64,000 bases of DNA, taken from positions 23,994,001 to 24,058,000 of the forward strand of contig JANJGN010000026.1 of assembly GCA_026770705.1 (NCBI GenBank), read 5' to 3'. The notes under the pieces are model-generated. The model did not search any database. It was not told where the DNA came from and saw only the letters and a program-made list of their open reading frames with translations. Below, piece after piece: positions 62,244 through 64,000 of this stretch; the stretch's first letter is position 1; every line of letters starts with the position of its first letter. The position numbers were made by a program, and so were the translations under genes. Origin of the DNA: Isurus oxyrinchus (Eukaryota).

Positions 62244-63374
62244 ATGGAAGGAAAAAGCACCGTTCACAGTGCAGAGAAACCGTATACGTGTTCTGTGTGT
62301 GGACAAGGGTTCAGCCGATCACCTGGCCTGTCAGAACATAGATGCAGTCACAATAAGGAGAAACCATGGAAATGTGGGGATTGTGGCAAGGGATTCATTT
62401 CCCCATCCAAGCTGGAAACTCATTGTCGCAGTCACACTGGGGAGAGGCCGTTCAGTTGTTCTGAGTGTGGGGAGGGATTCACTTGTTCATCCAACCTGCT
62501 GAAACACCAACGAGTTCACACCAGGGCGAGGCAATTCTCCTGCTCTGAGTGTGGGAAGGGTTTCACCCAGTTATCCAGCCTGCTGAAGCACCGACAAGTT
62601 CACACTGGAGCGAGTCTGTTCACCTGCTCTGATTGTGGGAAGGGATTCACTTTCTCATCCCATCTGCTGACACACCAGCGGGTTCACACTGGGGAAAGGC
62701 CATTCACCTGCTTCAAGTGTGGGAAGGGATTCACTCGCTCGTCCAACCTGCTGAAACACCAGCGAGTTCACACTGATGAGAGACCTTATAAATGCTCAGA
62801 TTGTGGGAAGTGCTATAAAAGTTCCTGGGAACTGATGTCCCATCAACGTGTTCACTCTGATGAGAGACCGTTCAGGTGTTCTCACTGTGGCACTGGATTC
62901 AGGCAATCATCTCATCTTACTGTACACCAGAGAATTCACACTGGGGAGAGGCCGTTTACCTGCTCTGAGTGTGGGAAGGGATTTACTCAGTCATCCAGTC
63001 TGCTGAAACACCAGAGGGTTCACACTGGGAAAAGACCTTTTAAGTGTCTGCACTGTAGAAAGTGCTTTAAAAGTTCCTGGGAACTGATGTACCATCAACG
63101 TGTTCACACTGGGGAGAGACCTTTTAAATGTCTGCATTGTGGAAAATGCTTTAAAAGTTCTTGGGAACTGGTGTCCCATCTACGTGTTCACACTGACATG
63201 AGACCATTCAGTTGCTCTTACTGTGGGGTTGGGTTCAGGCAATCATCGCACCTGATTGCGCACCAGCGCATTCACACTGGGGAAAGGCCGTTCACCTGCT
63301 CTGAGTGTGGGAAGAAATTCACTCGGCTATCCACACTGCAGAGTCACCAGCGGGTTCACATGGAACTACGGTGA
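62244..63374 (+). CDS. Tandem C2H2 (Kruppel-type) zinc-finger protein, 13 fingers, no effector domain visible
   Basis: Open frame from ATG 62244 with 13 C-x2-C-x12-H-x3-H units and TGERPF-type linkers. Splice acceptor tttcacag ends at 62134. Confidence 0.93.
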   Translation: MEGKSTVHSAEKPYTCSVCGQGFSRSPGLSEHRCSHNKEKPWKCGDCGKGFISPSKLETHCRSHTGERPFSCSECGEGFTCSSNLLKHQRVHTRARQFSCSECGKGFTQLSSLLKHRQVHTGASLFTCSDCGKGFTFSSHLLTHQRVHTGERPFTCFKCGKGFTRSSNLLKHQRVHTDERPYKCSDCGKCYKSSWELMSHQRVHSDERPFRCSHCGTGFRQSSHLTVHQRIHTGERPFTCSECGKGFTQSSSLLKHQRVHTGKRPFKCLHCRKCFKSSWELMYHQRVHTGERPFKCLHCGKCFKSSWELVSHLRVHTDMRPFSCSYCGVGFRQSSHLIAHQRIHTGERPFTCSECGKKFTRLSTLQSHQRVHMELR

Positions 63375-64000
63375 TTGGGTTTTGCTGTCAATCACATCCA
63401 GGACTGAACCATGTTCATTGGGGTCTGTTTCTGCTGATGTTAATAAACTCCAACCCAGTTATAGGGGAAAATATTCTGGATAAAAGTCAAATAAATCAGC
63501 TTTGTGTTAAACACACAATGTGTTGTGCCTTTTTAATATCTCCAACATGTCAATTCCTTCTGAAGAGCTCTCTTTCTCCCCCATCCACACCCCAACAACG
63601 AGGGTGAGGAGCTCACGGAGCTTCTTAGTCACTAAAATTGAGACAAGCTGATCAGCTGCCTCTGCTGCTGCCGTCCCTTCCACTAGCTCAACGGGACAAA
63701 CTGTTTCTAAATTTCCTCCTCGCCTGACCTTGCATTTTGCCTCAGTCTGTCCAATCTTCTTTCTCTCTTTCAGTGCTCATGTTATCTGAGGCCCACCTCT
63801 GCTCCCTTTACTCTGCTCATCTTATCCGTGAGGCCCAACTCTGCTCCTTTTACTCTATTCTCACAAAACTGTTGGCCACCCAACTTCCCCATGTTAGCTG
63901 ATATTGTTACTGGTTCTCTACTGTCCCTCTCACCTTCAAATCCACAGTCGTTATCTGTCCTAATAAAAAACCCTGACCCCCACAGTCATTGCAAACTCCT

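Overview
Eukaryotic DNA from a cartilaginous fish (shark-type) genome. The core is one complete, unrearranged IgM heavy-chain minilocus on the + strand: leader-VH-D1-D2-JH at 22.4-24.2 kb with RSS spacers 23 / 12-22 / 12-12 / 23, a 15.1 kb J-C intron, Cmu1-Cmu4 with the secretory tail (39.3-42.5 kb) and TM1 (45.15-45.28 kb). No canonical TM2 exon was found. Upstream lies a ~15.7 kb satellite of 54 bp units (2 x 27 bp), arranged as three ~5.0-5.35 kb higher-order units that each carry the same Penelope-like fragment. Downstream are CR1-type LINEs, a tRNA-Leu pseudogene, CpG-rich promoter-like patches, a young Penelope-like insertion with a 13 bp TSD, and an intact 13-finger C2H2 zinc-finger exon. 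Most notable: a G-rich, GAGCTGGG-containing switch-like tract and a captured SCD5-like fragment in the J-C intron, a 99 bp inverted duplication in the Cmu3-Cmu4 intron, and a JH reading WGQE instead of WGQG. Most short ORFs in the supplied track are artefacts of repeats. All calls were made by eye without searches. Repeat boundaries are approximate.
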